64,000 nucleotides of DNA. It comes from Carcharhinus amblyrhynchos (taxonomy: Eukaryota). The stretch is taken from positions 31,930,001 through 31,994,000 of the forward strand of contig OZ336882.1 in assembly GCA_965287045.1 (NCBI GenBank), read 5' to 3'. Under the pieces are notes generated by a model. The model saw only the letters and a program-made list of their open reading frames with translations, had not been told where the DNA came from and ran no database searches. Below, piece after piece: positions 1 to 13,500 of the stretch. A program made the position numbers and the translations under genes. Each line of letters begins with the position of its first letter. Position 1 is the stretch's first letter.

Positions 1-442
1 AATTTAGGTGGTATATCCACAGTGCATAACATGACTTGTATAACAGCTTCTGCAAGAAGGGGAAACAATGCGGTTTTTGACTTGAGGTTTTTTTGAATTT
101 ATGTCCCTTGTACCATTCTTTTCTGAAAAATTCATTCAAACAATTCAATCTATATTTTCCGTAAACTGCTGGCACACGTCTGATTGACACAATCCCCAGA
201 ATGTCATTAACCTAAAAGAAGCAGATGCCGTTTATGGTATATTGAGCGTTGGCACCAGAGAGGTTAAAATGATAAGACTGCATTAGCTACAGAGTTGAAC
301 TGTTTTGTAAATGCAGTAATTTTTTGTAGCCATTTCCCTAACATCAGTTGATTGCTCTGTAATTAATCATCCTTAGAGAATCATCATCGGGCCTCCAAAT
401 TCACCATTTTTATAGTCATTCTCCCTGCTACATTTTAAAATT

Positions 443-1136
443 AGATTTGATTTTTAAAATTTGATTTATTATTGTCACATGTATTAACATACAGTGAACA
501 GTATTGTTTCTTGCATGTTTTACAGACAAAACATACCCTTCATAGTGAAAGAAACGAGAGAGTGCAGAATGTAGTGTTACGTCATAGCTAGGATGTAAAG
601 ATCAACTTAATGCAAGGTTAGTCCATTCAAAAAAGTCCGACAGCAGCAGGGAAGAAGCTATTCTTGAATCAGTGACCTCAGACTTTGTGTCTTTTTCCCG
701 GACATTCTGTCTTCCACCTTCCGGGATGTGTGGGGTCCTTAATTAAGCTGGCTGCTTTGCCGAGGCAGCTGGAAGTGTCAACAGAGTCAATGGATGGGAG
801 GCTGGTTTGCATGATGGATTGGGCTACATTCATGGCCTTTGGTAGTTCCTTGCAGTCTTGGGCAGAGCAAGAGCCATATCAAGCTGTGATACAACCAGAA
901 AGAATGCTTTCTATGGTGTATCTGTAAAAGTTGGTGAGAGTCATAGCTGACATGCCAAATTTCCTTAGTCTTCTGAAAAAGTAGAGGCGTTGGTGGGCTT
1001 TTTTAACTATAGTGTCAGTATGGGAAGACCAGAACAGGTTGTTGGTGATCTGGACAACTAAAAACTTGAAGCTCTCAACCCTTTCTACTTCGTCCCCATT
1101 GATGTAGACAGGAGCATCTCCTTTACACTTCGATGC
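443..1136 (-). mobile_element. Rex1/Babar-type LINE 3' fragment
   Basis: ORF 879-1199 VESFKFL..KKAHQRLYFFRRLRKFG..IESILSGCITA; tail acaataataaatcaaat. Confidence 0.85.
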
Positions 1137-1271
1137 AGATATAATGAAAGAGAAAAATAAAAAACTTACATTTATACAATACCTTTCATGATCTTTCAAA
1201 TTGCTTTACAGTCTATTAAATAATTTTGTGTTGTTGTCACTGGTATAATGTAGGCAATGTCATCAAATGGT

Positions 1272-1998
1272 TGGAGATGCCAGTGTTGGACCGGGGTAAA
1301 CACAGTAAGAAGTCTCACAACACCAGGTTAAAGTCTCACATGAGAACACCGTCCACCAGGTATACAGTGCACACTCTTGCAACTTGGCCAATGTTGTCTA
1401 CCTGATACGCAGGAAAGGATGTCCCCAGGCATGGTACATTGGGGAGGCTATGCAGACGCTATGACAACAGATGAATGAACACCACTCGACAATCAACAGG
1501 CAAGAGCGTTCTCTTCCTGTTGGGGAATGCTTCAGCGGTCACAGGCATTCGGCCTCTGAACTTCAGGTAAGCGTTCTCCAAGGCAGCCTTCACGACACAT
1601 GACAACGCAGAGTCGCTGAGCAGAGACTGATAGCCAAGCTCCGCACACTTGAGGACGGCCTCAACCGGGATCTTGGGTTCATGTCACACTATCTGTAACC
1701 CCCATGACTTCCCTGGACTTGCAAAATCTCACTATCTGTCCTGTCTAGACAATACACATCTCTTTAACCTGTGCTTAATGCTCTCTCCACTCACATTCTC
1801 TGTACCTTTAACACTTGAGTACCTGTAAAGACTCGCATTCCAATCATTATTTTGTAAATTGAGTTTGTGTCTTTATATGCCCTGTGAATAGAACTCCCAC
1901 TCACCTGACGAAGAGGCAGCAAGCGCTCTGAAAGCTAATGGCTTTTGTTACCAAATAAACCTGTTGGACTTTAATCTGGTGTTGTGAGACTTCTTACT
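1272..1998 (+). mobile_element. Penelope-like element fragment: GIY-YIG remnant, pLTR and inverted terminal piece
   Basis: 1360-1698 reads roughly SCNLANVVYLIR..WYIGEAMQTL..MNEHHS..VAEQRLIAKLRTLEDGLNRDLGFMSHYL*. Inverted termini at 1304-1335 and 1967-1998. TSD atcaaatggt (1262-1271 and 1999-2008). Confidence 0.9.
1901..1941 (+). ncRNA. Hammerhead-like motif in a Penelope pLTR
   Basis: tcacctgacgaagaggcagcaagcgctctgaaagctaatgg; helix II can pair as AGAG/CUCU. Confidence 0.55.
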
Positions 1999-2879
1999 AT
2001 CAAATGGTGGAACAGCTTACTCCAGCATGGCTTACTCCAGCTCCTAATATGTATGTTCATGTTATTCTGGATGGATGAAATGAGTTGGGCTAGATGGTGT
2101 TTGTCATCCATAATTATACTGCAAACAAAGGCTGGAATATGGCTCGAGTTCAGTTTATTTTGTGGCTAATGGAAGTTTACTGTCTGCAGGCTTTGTGGGA
2201 TGAAATTGCCAAGATGGCAGTGTGTAATGGGCTCACTGTGAATCAGTAACCTTTTTCATCCTGCGACTGATTCTCAAGAGTCTTCTCCATTCACTTCAAT
2301 CTTGCCTTTTTATCTACTTACCTATAATCCAAATTTATCTTGGTGCTTTTATGAGCTTTTTGAGGAATTAAATGTCATGATAAAGATGTTTTGCATGGTA
2401 GATGTTGAAAATATTGTTGTGAGAGTCTTCAGACTTGCTGATTAAGAAAACACAAATACAACTGTGAACCAGGCTTTGTCATCCAACCTCTTAAAAGTTG
2501 TGTCACACAGAGGGCTCCAATGCTTCTCATTGACAAAGACAACCTATGTTGTTCAATTATTCTACTTTGTTGCTCAGGAGACATTTGATCTTTCTATTCT
2601 ATGAAATTACTAATAAAATAGAATCCAATTACGCTCCTTGTATTTAATAATTATGTTGAATAATATCATGCTCCCCAGGCAAACTGTCAGCATTCAGTCA
2701 TCACCCTCTGAATCAAATCACAACCTCAGAAATTGGCATGAACAGATTAACACAGAAATCCTTAGAAACGTGGTCTGTAATTTACTGCTCTAAAATAGGT
2801 TGCATTGTGGAAGATTCTCCTCAGCTAGCGATCAGCAAAATTAACTGATCTGGCAATTGTCCCTAGGGGCTGAACGTTA

Positions 2880-3290
2880 TTGGCAACATCAGCATTAGCT
2901 GTCCATCTGCCTAATTGCCCTTGCACAGGTGATGCCTTCATGAACTATTGCATTCCATCTGGCACAAGTGCATATACATCACAAGGGAGTTTCAGGATTT
3001 TGTCCCAACAACATGAAGGAACAGCAATATAATTTCCAAGGAAGGATGGTATGTGACTTGGAAGGAGAACCAGCCGATGCTAGCAGTCCCGTGCTTTTGG
3101 TGCCTTTGTTTCAGTAGATGGGTAGAGTCGCAGCTTTAGAAGGTGCAGTCAAAGAAGCCTTGTAGATAGCAGACACTTTTGCTGTTGTGCACCAGTTGTA
3201 GAGTGAGTGAATGTTGAAGGTGATAAATAAGGTGCCAATAAAGCGAGCTATTTTGTCCTGGATGCTGTTGAGCTTCTTGAGTGTTGTACC
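2880..3290 (-). mobile_element. 3' end of a distinct CR1-group non-LTR retrotransposon
   Basis: ORF 3111-3329 TTLKKLNSIQDKIARFIG..NIHSL resembles post-RT LINE sequence. Clade not certain. Confidence 0.6.
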
Positions 3291-4260
3291 AATTTGCCAA
3301 TCTAAAGAATCAGTGTTAATTTTGAGCAAAAGAAACCAATTATAGATTTATAGACTCTGGAGGTGAGGGGGACCAACAGAAAACACTTCACAATTGAAAG
3401 TGTTCTATTGAAGAAAATTTTGTACAAAACCTAAGTGGGTCTTCTGGAATGGCAAAGAGGCTAAAAGGGGAGGAAGGAAAGAATATTCAAATATGAAACA
3501 GATTTTTTCTCTGATCTACACTGCTGAACTCAATAGGCGAATATTACAACTACAGTGTTAAAATGTTTCAGGTGTATCCTGTGCAACTCATTCCATTTGC
3601 TCAGAAGAATTCTGAAGATAAAGGCTAGCAGGTACGCTTTAAAGATGGACTGACTTATGGGATAAGTAAATTAATTGATCATGGAATTGGAAGGGGGAAA
3701 ACAGAGCATTGGTTCACCTACCACTATTGCTTCAGCTTGCCCACTAAGGCTAACATCCCTTGGGCTGTCCCTCTCATTCTCTGCCTCCCACCTTTTATCC
3801 TTTCTCTGAGCTCCAAACATTGAAACACAACTCTTTTAACTTCACTCTTATCTCTCTTAAACGCCCCGCCCAAATCATTCCTGGTTTCAGAATGTCATTC
3901 CCACTCAAACACTGACCACCCAACTTTCCTTCATGGCCCTTAATTAACACCGTTGTTCATTTCCTCTCCTCCATTTCAAACCACTGTCACCCCCTTGAAC
4001 AACTGTAGTGTGATTTTCTTAAGTATTAAAAATGCTCAATACCAGTTTTCATAAAATGCACTTAGTCCGCCAAGAGAAAGGACAAGCGTTTAGTGAAGTA
4101 CTTATCTTCGGACTTTTATTCTCAAGGATTAAATTTGCACGTGTGTAAACAGTAGTTAAAATACAAAGAAAGCTTTGATATAACATTTTTTTAACTAAAA
4201 TGTATTTACATTTATTTGGGTACAATAATTTTGTAACATATGGTTACATTTTTAAAAAAT

Positions 4261-4416
4261 AAATGCACTATTATCCACCATATAGGTTTTCAAGCTTGTT
4301 GTAGAAGTTCAGCATAACCTCCTTGCTCATGTACTCTATTTCCCTATTAATAAAACCCAGAATACAATATGCATTGAAATCAATGCATTGTTACCCATCA
4401 CATAGGTTTTCAAGCT
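4261..4416. repeat. 36-bp direct repeat flanking an internal CR1 fragment
   Basis: 4261-4296 versus 4381-4416 match at 30/36. The spacer reads AYCILGFINREIEYMSKEVMLNFYN on minus. Confidence 0.7.
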
Positions 4417-4479
4417 GAAGTTTCACAAACAGACCCCAGGGAGTCCCCAACTTATTTATTTTATATTTGTGCATCAGTT

Positions 4480-5150
4480 GTGACCAAACTACAGCCCCCG
4501 AGCTCCAGAGGATTACGCTAATGTTACAATGTCAGAGCTTAGGATAGGGGACTTAATATTACTGGCTGGAATATTTTCTGGAAATGGAAAGAGAAAAAAA
4601 ATTTGGGAAGGACTAACGCATATCAGTCAAGAATTCCATCACATAACAATATTCTTGGCACTTGCAACATGATAGAATTGATATGGAGGCAGTTAAGGAG
4701 CAAGAAGGAAATGGTATGTATTACCAAACAATGGAGAAATAATAGGAAGGATCTGTTGAAGGTTCAGAGAGATGTGCAAGAACATAGAACAAAATATATT
4801 ACGTGATTTTACCAATCTTAATACAAATTGAATCAAAGGTGTCGCAAATGGTCAAAATGGGAACAATTTTCAGAATATAGGGTACATTCATGACTTGCAT
4901 GGATCTATACATTTCTAGTCCAATTAAAAAATATTGCTTGCTTTAGATCTGGGAAATAAAGTGATGCAAGTGTGGTGAACAGGAAGCAATGAGGAAATAG
5001 AAACCACAGCAGCTGGGCTCATAATTTTGCCAGAAAAGAAGGGTCAAACAAATTGGTGATGGACAAGAAAAGGGCAATATTCAGCAAAACAAAATGGATC
5101 CAAATTAACTGAACCAAAGATCAAATGTCAGAAAATTTGCAAATGATTTA
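4480..5150 (+). mobile_element. Highly degraded CR1 endonuclease-region remnant
   Basis: Weak traces (gggacttaatatt..ggaatattttc, tagatctgggaaat). Confidence 0.45.
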
Positions 5151-5232
5151 TACAATTGGTATGAACTACACATTATGACAATTAAAGCTCATTTCTTGAA
5201 GCGACCCCTCACACAACACAAACTGAATGTAA

Positions 5233-5506
5233 AATTTATTTATTAGTGTCACATTAACATTGCAATGAAGTTACTGTGAAAATTCCCTAGTCGCCACACT
5301 CCAATGCCTGTTCAGGTACACTGAGGGAGACTTTAGCATGGCCAATGCAGCTAACGTCTTTCAAACTGTGTGAGGAAACCCATGGGAACCCATGCAGACA
5401 CAGGGAGAACGTGCAAACTCCACAAAGACAGGTATTCAAGCTGGGAATTGAACTCAGATCCCTGGTGCTGTGAGGCAGCTGTGCTAACCACTGTGCCACC
5501 GTGCTG
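5233..5506 (-). mobile_element. HE1-type V-SINE
   Basis: Minus strand: acggtggcacagtggttagcacagctgcctcacag..gagttcaattcc..gtggagtttgcacgttctccctgtgtctgcatgggtt (tRNA head plus V domain). Confidence 0.88.
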
Positions 5507-6049
5507 TCATTCAATGTACCGAGGCACTTTCTGAAACAAACATTAATAAAAGTAACATTTTCCTTAATGATATTTGAATAAGCTTTCAGCTTGATCAAAA
5601 GTTAATTGCTCCAAATGACAATTATCTTGATTGTTATACAAGTCCTTCCTCTATGACAACAATCTCCCTTTGTACACGTTTCCAAAATACCAGATATGAG
5701 AACTTCAGCCTCAACTTCTACAAATCTCTGACCTTAAAATCAAACCTACCAAAATGCTATGCAATATAGAATTGCATGGCAGTTACCCAGGTGTGAATAA
5801 CTTCACCCATTTGACAAATTAAAACTTTTCAAATTACTAAAGCAGTAAAGTCTTAGGACACTCCATTACAAAGTGATCTTTTTCATCTTTTGTTATAATT
5901 TCATTCACACCAATCTATTTTAGGCTTGAACATAGTGATGCATGAATAATGAGCAAGACTTATTATTATGGACCAATAAATTGTTGTCCTTAGGACATTA
6001 TTTTGACTTTTTCCATTTCAAAATACAAATACACTCTAAACTGAATATA

Positions 6050-6540
6050 CCTAATGCTACAAGACACTAGTTAGACTTTAGTTGGAGTACGGTGTACAGT
6101 TCTGGCCAGAACACTGTAGGAAGGAATTGAACGTATCAGAGAGAGTGCAAAAGAGGTTTATAAGAATGGTTCCAGGGATGAGAAATTTCAGATATGAGGA
6201 TAGATTGGCGAGGTTACGACTGTTTCCTTTGAGAGAAGACTAAGACGAGATCTGATAGACATTTCAAAATCATGAAAGGGCTGGCCAGAGTAGATAGTGA
6301 GAAATAGCAAGATAGCAAGTGTGCCCACTTGTAAAAGGATTAGGAATGAGAGGGCATATATTTAAAGTAATTTACAAAAAAAAGCAAATATGATACGAAA
6401 GAAATCTTTTTCACACAGTAGGTTCAGGTCTGGAATGCAGTGCCTGGAAGCGTAATGGAGGCAGGTTCAATGAAAGCATTTAAGAGGGCATTCAATGATT
6501 ATTCAAATAGAAAAAATGTGCAGGGCAGGGGGACAGACAC
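6050..6540 (+). mobile_element. Old CR1 3' fragment
   Basis: YKTLVR..LEY..VQFW remnants; gtctggaatgcagtgcctg. Confidence 0.8.
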
Positions 6541-6926
6541 AATGGGTAAAATAACCTCCTTCAGCACAGTAACAATTCTGTGAAAGTTGGTTATTTTCCT
6601 TCTCATGATTGCTTTTCAAAGATTCCTGTACAAAATACATGTGTGGATACCAGACATGTGTGGATGTCAGAAGCCCCAGTATGTTTTCATACATCATTTG
6701 GGCGAACATCAGAGAGTTGTCATATCTGACAAAACCAAGGTGAAAAAAAAACTATGCACAGTGCAAAAACAAATCACCCAACTCAAACAAATCAGACAAT
6801 CATTATTAACCATTCCTGTTGTTATTTACTGTTAGCAGAATATTTTCTTTGAGAAAATACCAGAAGTATCCGTCTTGATTTGAAATAATTCAGAGCTACA
6901 TTATATGCTTCCACAAAAAAATCTGC

Positions 6927-7365
6927 ACACTGCAATTTATAGAATGCTTTTCACAACCACCAGGTATCGCCAAACGCTCTACAGCCAATGAAGTACTTTT
7001 GAAGTTTAGCCACACATGAAATAGAAAATGCAAACAGAAAGCATACACAACCAGCAAATTGATAAAGTGATAATCTGTTTTTTGGTGATGCGGATTGAGG
7101 GATAAATGTTGATAAGAACATCAAGAATAATTCCCCTGCTCATAATCAGAATAATGTAATGGAATTTTGTATTGATTGAGCAGGGAGATGGGATTTTGGT
7201 TTTATGTGTCATCTCAAAGGCATGCCATCTTCACATGCTGTCCAGGAGTGCAATGCTCCCTCAGTACTGCACTGGAATGTCATCCTCAATTTTTATACCT
7301 AAGCTCTGAAATGGAGCTTGAACCTAGATCCTTGTAGCTCAGAGGCCAATTGAACCATGGCCTCC
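6927..7365 (-). mobile_element. DeuSINE (SacSINE1-like), inverted relative to 7673-8130
   Basis: gctccctcagtactgcactgg, ttgagggataaatgttg, cagccaatgaagtacttttgaagt. Confidence 0.8.
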
Positions 7366-7672
7366 ACACTGCATAGCCTTGGCATTGCTGTTCAAATTTT
7401 GGGAAGTCAATGGATATGCTAAAGTCAGCCAATGTCTTTAAAATTTCCCTTCTTAAATGCTTCTATTTCAGGGGAAGGATTTCACAAACAAAACCACCTT
7501 CTCTTCTTCCTCACATTACTGGTTAGAACTAAGCTTCATCTATTTCCAAAACAGAACATGGTAAACAGGCTTTGTGTACATATTCCTCACTATTTAGCTG
7601 TCACTCAATTCCCTCTCCCCCATAACCTTATACATTCAATCCAATAGGGAACCCATTTTAATTCAGTTAGTG

Positions 7673-8130
7673 TGTGTCAGCTGTGCTTCAGTTAATTGCA
7701 CTCCACCATCAGAGTCAGACAGTTGTAGATTAAAGTCCTAATCCAGAACTTGAGCACGAAAATGAAGGTTGGCCAATGCAGTACTGAGGGAATGCTGCAT
7801 TGTCAATGGTGTTGTCTGTTGGACGAGATGTTAAACTGGGGAGCTGTCTGCCATCTCAAGTGAATGCAAAAGATCCTGTGACAACATTTCAAAGAAAAGC
7901 AGGGGGTTTGCCTCAACTCTCCTAGTCAATGCTTTTCCTTCAATCAACATCACAAAATCTAGTTACATGGTCATTATCATATTGCTATTTATGAGTATGC
8001 TTTGTGCAAACTAGCTGCCACATTTCCTAGATTACAACAGTGTATACATCAGAGGTATTTTATTGGCCACAAAATGCTTTGGGATGTCTTGTCATTGTTA
8101 AATACACTATATAAATGCAAGTCTTTCTTT
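7673..8130 (+). mobile_element. DeuSINE (SacSINE1-like)
   Basis: Degenerate tRNA-like head; Deu domain gcagtactgagggaatgctgcattgtc..gagatgttaaac..aaagatcc; tail ctatataaatgcaagtctttctttt. Confidence 0.85.
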
Positions 8131-9779
8131 TGCTGAGTGAGAAACTTGTAAAAAAAACTTAAAATATTAGTCTTTTTTATTTGTTGAGAAAAATGTTCAG
8201 CTTCTTGGAATGGATGTGTCTAATTCCCCAGAGGTACATGGTTGTTATACATGGTTTCCAATTTGGATTTACCATAGCTTTGTGAATGATATTTTGCTGC
8301 AGATGGCATTCTTAGTAATACTGAAAATACACCTGTAGCAAAAGTCAGAAGGACTTTCATCTCCAGCTGAAAAGAACAAATCTACTGTATCAAATAAAGC
8401 TTACAGGTTTCATTTAAAGGTCACTTACAGAGAGTCTGTTGCTTGTTAACTTGGAGTAAGTAAGATGACAGAGCCCCATTTTCACAGGGCTGTAATGTCA
8501 TTAAATTTATTGTAGGTTAAACTATAATAAGGTCTTCTCTCCATGAAATCAGATAGGGTAAGATTGATCCGTTTATGGGAGCCCCAGTTAGTAGTCCACA
8601 ATATGAAAGACCTATAATTTCATGTTAAAGTGGAAATCTTTACACAGAGGAGAGAAAGATTAATGTGGAAAAACTCAAAAAATGCCAATGCACCAAAAAA
8701 TGGTGTTATCACATACCTAGGGCAGCGTAGCATAAAGAATTTGACGCAAGCCTAGAAATGTTTTTAAGACTTAAATATTTAGCTATCCAGTGTAAAAATT
8801 TAAATAAATTTTCATCATCAACTTTACACAAACATGAAAACTTGTGCTCATTTCATCATCTCCCACTCTTACCACAAACTAACACTTCAATTCCCTTCAG
8901 CTTACCTTCAGCTTCACTCCAATTAAAAAGTACTGGCCCAAATCTTCTAATCAGAGTTGGAAACTCTCTTTATGAACCTGATCAGACAAAAAAACTACAC
9001 ATTTGTCTTTCTCCAATGTTTCTAGACAATTTCCCAATGGAGGATGCCACAGAACATATTCAATGCACGAAATCTTAGGAAAGAGCAGCTCAGAGAATTT
9101 CTACAACATGAGCTGCTGAATTCTATAAATAAAGTTTAAATGTCCAAAGCCTCTTTAAAAAGCTATGAAGAGGAGGTAAACTACCAGATTTGTTCACTTT
9201 TACAACCCATTTTAGCATTTTACCTCCCATTATTCTGTCTGGTACAAAATAAAACCGACTTTCAAATGTAATCTTGTTAGCTCTGTGGCGTCTAGCTTCT
9301 CGATTGTAGAATCAGTCATTGGGAATATTGTCACACAAGAATTAATTATTACATTGCAATACTGACCTAACTTTGAAAGCATCTATCGAAAAGATATGTG
9401 CATTTGTTCCCAAAGGTGTTATCTAAAGAATAATTGAAATGTTTACAAAGCTTTCCTTGTACAAATCAAAGGAATGCTTCCGAAATCCAAGAGTCTAACA
9501 CTGATGCTGGTTATTAGCACATTTATCTGAGATAGTCTTAGCCTGTGAAATAATTACTACATTGTGTACAACAGGTTAGAATCAAAAAGTTTCAAACACT
9601 TGGAAAGTGGAAAAGTGGGCCAAAGAGAAGTGTGAGGTCGGTGTTGGTTGCTCATGTTGTAAGTAGTCATCTGAGCTTTATTGTACTTGCTCAGCTGATA
9701 GTTCACTGAGCATTTGTATCAGCTCTGTAACTGAAGTCTCCGGGTCCACTAGTATCTCCTCCAACTCCCCCTCCAGAGT

Positions 9780-10443
9780 GGTTCAGTGTCGCTCACCACT
9801 AACAGGGAACTTGCAACCCGACCCTGCAGGAGTGAAGGGGGCAACTGGGGTCCACAAGAGGATCAGGCACAGGAAGACAGTGCCCGTAGGCATTGAGACC
9901 CTGGCAGTGCCAGCCTGTGCCCTTTGGCACTGGCCAAGGGGCAAAGTGCCAATGTCTAGGAGGCATCTTGGCACTGCCCTCCTGGCATGGGGCAGTACCA
10001 AGGGGACAGGGGCCCTGCTGCCTCTCTGCATAAAGGTTGGTGGGGGAGAAGAAAGGGCAGTGATGGGAGCAGGTTGGGGTTGGGGAGATCAGCCTGGGCC
10101 TGGAATAATTTGGGGAAAGGACTGTGGGAGCGGGTGTGTGGACAGCGGGCATTGTGGGGGGTGACGGGGCTGGCCAGCAATCAGGAGGCAATCAGTGCAG
10201 GGCCATCGCACATGCACCAATCTTGGCACAAACAGATTGGTGCACGCGCTGTGGCCTACTCTGCGAGCCGATTTCAGCCTCTCCAGGCCCTCCCAACTGA
10301 AATTTAATGATATTCACACTGATGGCCTCTACAGTGCACAGGGTGTGGGAGATTCTTTGAACTCCCATTGAAAAAAAAGCATGAATTACTCCAGTTTTTA
10401 CACAAATTTGACACTTAGAATTTTTTTTGGGAGAATTCCAGCT
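9780..10443. mobile_element. GC-rich non-autonomous element, left-truncated copy
   Basis: Shares aatgatattcac..gaactccca..caaatttgacac..tttttgggaga with 32738-32880. Confidence 0.7.
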
Positions 10444-10507
10444 TAAGTCCTTACAACTTCAGAGAATATATGTAATTTAGTTATCTAGGAGTTAGACTAG
10501 GGTTTTC

Positions 10508-13500
10508 ATAAGAACATAAGAACATAAGAAATAGGAGCAGGAGTAGGCCATCTGGCCCTTCGAGCCTGCCCCGCCATTCAATAAGATCATGGCTGATCTG
10601 TCGTGGCTCAGTTCCACTTTCCCGCCCTCTCCCCATAACCCTTAATCCCCTCTCTTATCAAAAACCCATCAACCCGCTTCTTAAAAATATTTAGCGAGGC
10701 AGCCTCCACCACTTCAACGGGCAGAGAATTCCAGAGATTCACCACCCTTTGAGTGAAGAAGTTCCTCCTCAACTCCGTTCTGAACTGCCCCCCCTTTATC
10801 TTGAGGCTGTGCCCCCTAGTCCTACTGTCTTTTTTGAGCGGGAAGAGTCTTTCCACCTCTATCCTATCCATCCCATTCATCATCTTATACGTCTCAATGA
10901 GATCTCCCCTCATTCTTCTAAACTCTAACGAGTACAAGCCTAGTTTATTCAGCCTCTCCTCATAGCTCAACCCCCTCAACTCTGGTATCAGCCTAGTAAA
11001 CCTCCTCTGCACTCCCTCCAAGGCCAAAATATCCTTGCGCAGGTGCGGCGCCCAAAACTGCACACAGTACTCCAGCTGCGGCCTCACCAATGCCCTATAC
11101 AGCTGCAGCAAGACCTCCCTACTTTTATATTCAATCCCCCTCGCTATGAAGGCCAGCATCCCATTCGCCTTCCTGACCACCTGCTGCACCTGCAGGCTGG
11201 GTTTTTGCGACTCATGCACAAGGACCCCGAGGTCCCTCTGCACCGTCGCCTGCTGCAGTTTTTCGCCACGTAAGTAATAGTCCTTCCTACCATTCTTCCT
11301 ACCAAAGTGGACCACCTCACACTTGCCAACATTAAATTCCATTTGCCATTTCCTGGCCCATTCACCCAGCCTATCTAGATCCTTCTGCAGACTCTCCACA
11401 CCCTCCGCACAATTTGCCTTTCCCCCAATCTTGGTGTCATCAGCAAATTTCGACACCCTACACTCGGTTCCCTCCTCCAGATCATCTATATAAATGGTAA
11501 ATAGCTGAGGCCCCAGCACCGACCCCTGGGGCACCCCACTAGTCACCAACCGCCAATCCGAATAGCACCCATTGACCCCCACTCTCTGCCTCCTATTTGA
11601 CAACCAATCCTCTATCCACGCTAACACCCTACCCCCAACTCCATGTCCTCTGACCTTCTGCAGTAACCTCTTGTGAGGTACCTTATCAAACGCCTTCTGA
11701 AAATCCAGAAAGACCACATCCACCGGCTCTCCTCTATCCACCGCCCTAGACACATCCTCATAGAACTCCAGTAAATTTGTCAGACACGACTTCCCTTTAA
11801 TGAAACCGTGTTGCGTCTGCCCTATCAAGCAATTCCCTTCAAGATGCCTCGCAATTTCCTCCTTAATGACGGATTCTAACATTTTACCTACCACAGACGT
11901 TAAACTAACCGGCCTGTAATTCCCCGCCTTTTGCCTGGCACCCTTCTTAAACAACGGCGTAACATTAGCCTTTTTCCAATCCCCCGGCACTTCCCCGGAA
12001 TCCAGCGACGTCTGGAAAATAACCACCAAGGCATCCACTATCACCTCCGCCATTTCTTTCAGAACCCTCGGATGCATTCCATCCGGTCCTGGGGACTTGT
12101 CCACAATCAGCCCCTCCAGTCTGTCGCGCACCACCTCTCTAGTAACAGTAATGTCATTAAGACCCTCCAGTCCTACCACCTTTCCATCGCTAACACCCGG
12201 CAAATTATTCACGTCCTCCTCCGTGAAGACAGAAACAAAAAAGTTATTCAAGACCTCAGCCATATCCCCATCCCCTACCACTAGGTCCCCTTTCTCATCC
12301 GCTAAGGGACCAACGTTCACCCTAGCCAGCCTCTTCCTTTTTATATATTTATAAAAACTCTTGCTATCCTTTTTTATATTAAGTGCTAGCCCAGCTTCAT
12401 AGCTTCTTCTACCCTCCTTTATCAACTTTTTTGTCAATCTTTGTTGACATTTAAACCTTTCCCAATCCTCTTCTCGCCCACTGCTCTTAGCTACTCTAAA
12501 TTCCTCCGCTTTTAATTTAACACTTTCCTTCACCTCCTTCGTTATCCACGGCTTATTACCTCTCTTCCTACTGTCCTTTTTAACCATCGGAATAAATTTC
12601 TGCTGAGCACCAAGAAAGATCTCCTTAAAGATCCTCCACTGCTCCTCAGCAGACCTACCTTCCAACGCGCTCCCCCAGTCCACATTCGCCAATTCTTCTC
12701 TCATCCTACCATACTCCCCTCTATTCAAACAAAGGACACGTGTCCGGGAACCCACTTTCTCCTCCTCCATCTGCAACAGAAACTCCACCATACAATGATC
12801 ACTCTCTCCAAGAGGATCCTTCACCTCAAGGTCCCTAATTCTACCCGCCTCATTACATAGCACCAGATCCAAGATAGCTCGCTCCCTCGTCGGCTCCAAC
12901 ACACACTGTTCCAGGAAACTATCCCGGCAGCATTCCAAGAACTCCTCCTCGAGCCCACCTCGTCCAACATGGGTCGACCAATCAATATGCAGATTGAAAT
13001 CCCCCATAACTACTGCCGTCCCATTCCTGCACGCCGCACTTATTTGCGCGTTAACAGCCCGCCCCACCTCCAGATCATTATTCGGGGGCCTATAGACGAC
13101 ACCCACCAGCGTCTTCCTCCCTTTGCTGTTCCTAATCTCCACCCACAACGATTCCACTTTCTGCTCTTTGGCTCCGATATCATCCCTTGCTACCACCTTG
13201 ATGCTGTCCTTAATCAGCAGAGCTACGCCACCCCCTCTTTCCTCCTGCCTATCCTTCCTAAACACTTGATAGCCCTGTACATTCATCTCCCAGTCCCTGT
13301 CACCTTGCAGCCACGTCTCTGTAATGGCCACCAGATCGTATCCATTTGTGTCGATCTGCGCCACCAGCTCATCCACTTTATTCCGAATGCTTCGTGCATT
13401 CAGATAAAGCGCTTTCATCCCAGCCTTCTTCTGGACCCTATTTGCCGTAACGCCACCACTTGGGACATCCTCAGCCTCTTCCCTTACCTGTACCCTATCC

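Noticed and set aside
5440-5506. tRNA genes at SINE heads (also near 20000, 24080, 50480 and 58350)
   Set aside because: A/B boxes are present, but there is no full cloverleaf and each continues into a SINE body.
9778-10307. Clusters of overlapping ORFs in GC-rich patches (also near 32000, 36000, 42000 and 53600)
   Set aside because: Stop-poor repeat DNA giving low-complexity G/P-rich translations with no recognisable domain.
10508-10530. CRISPR-like or regulatory repeat (cataagaa)n
   Set aside because: It is the CR1 3' microsatellite tail; no spacers, and the context is eukaryotic.
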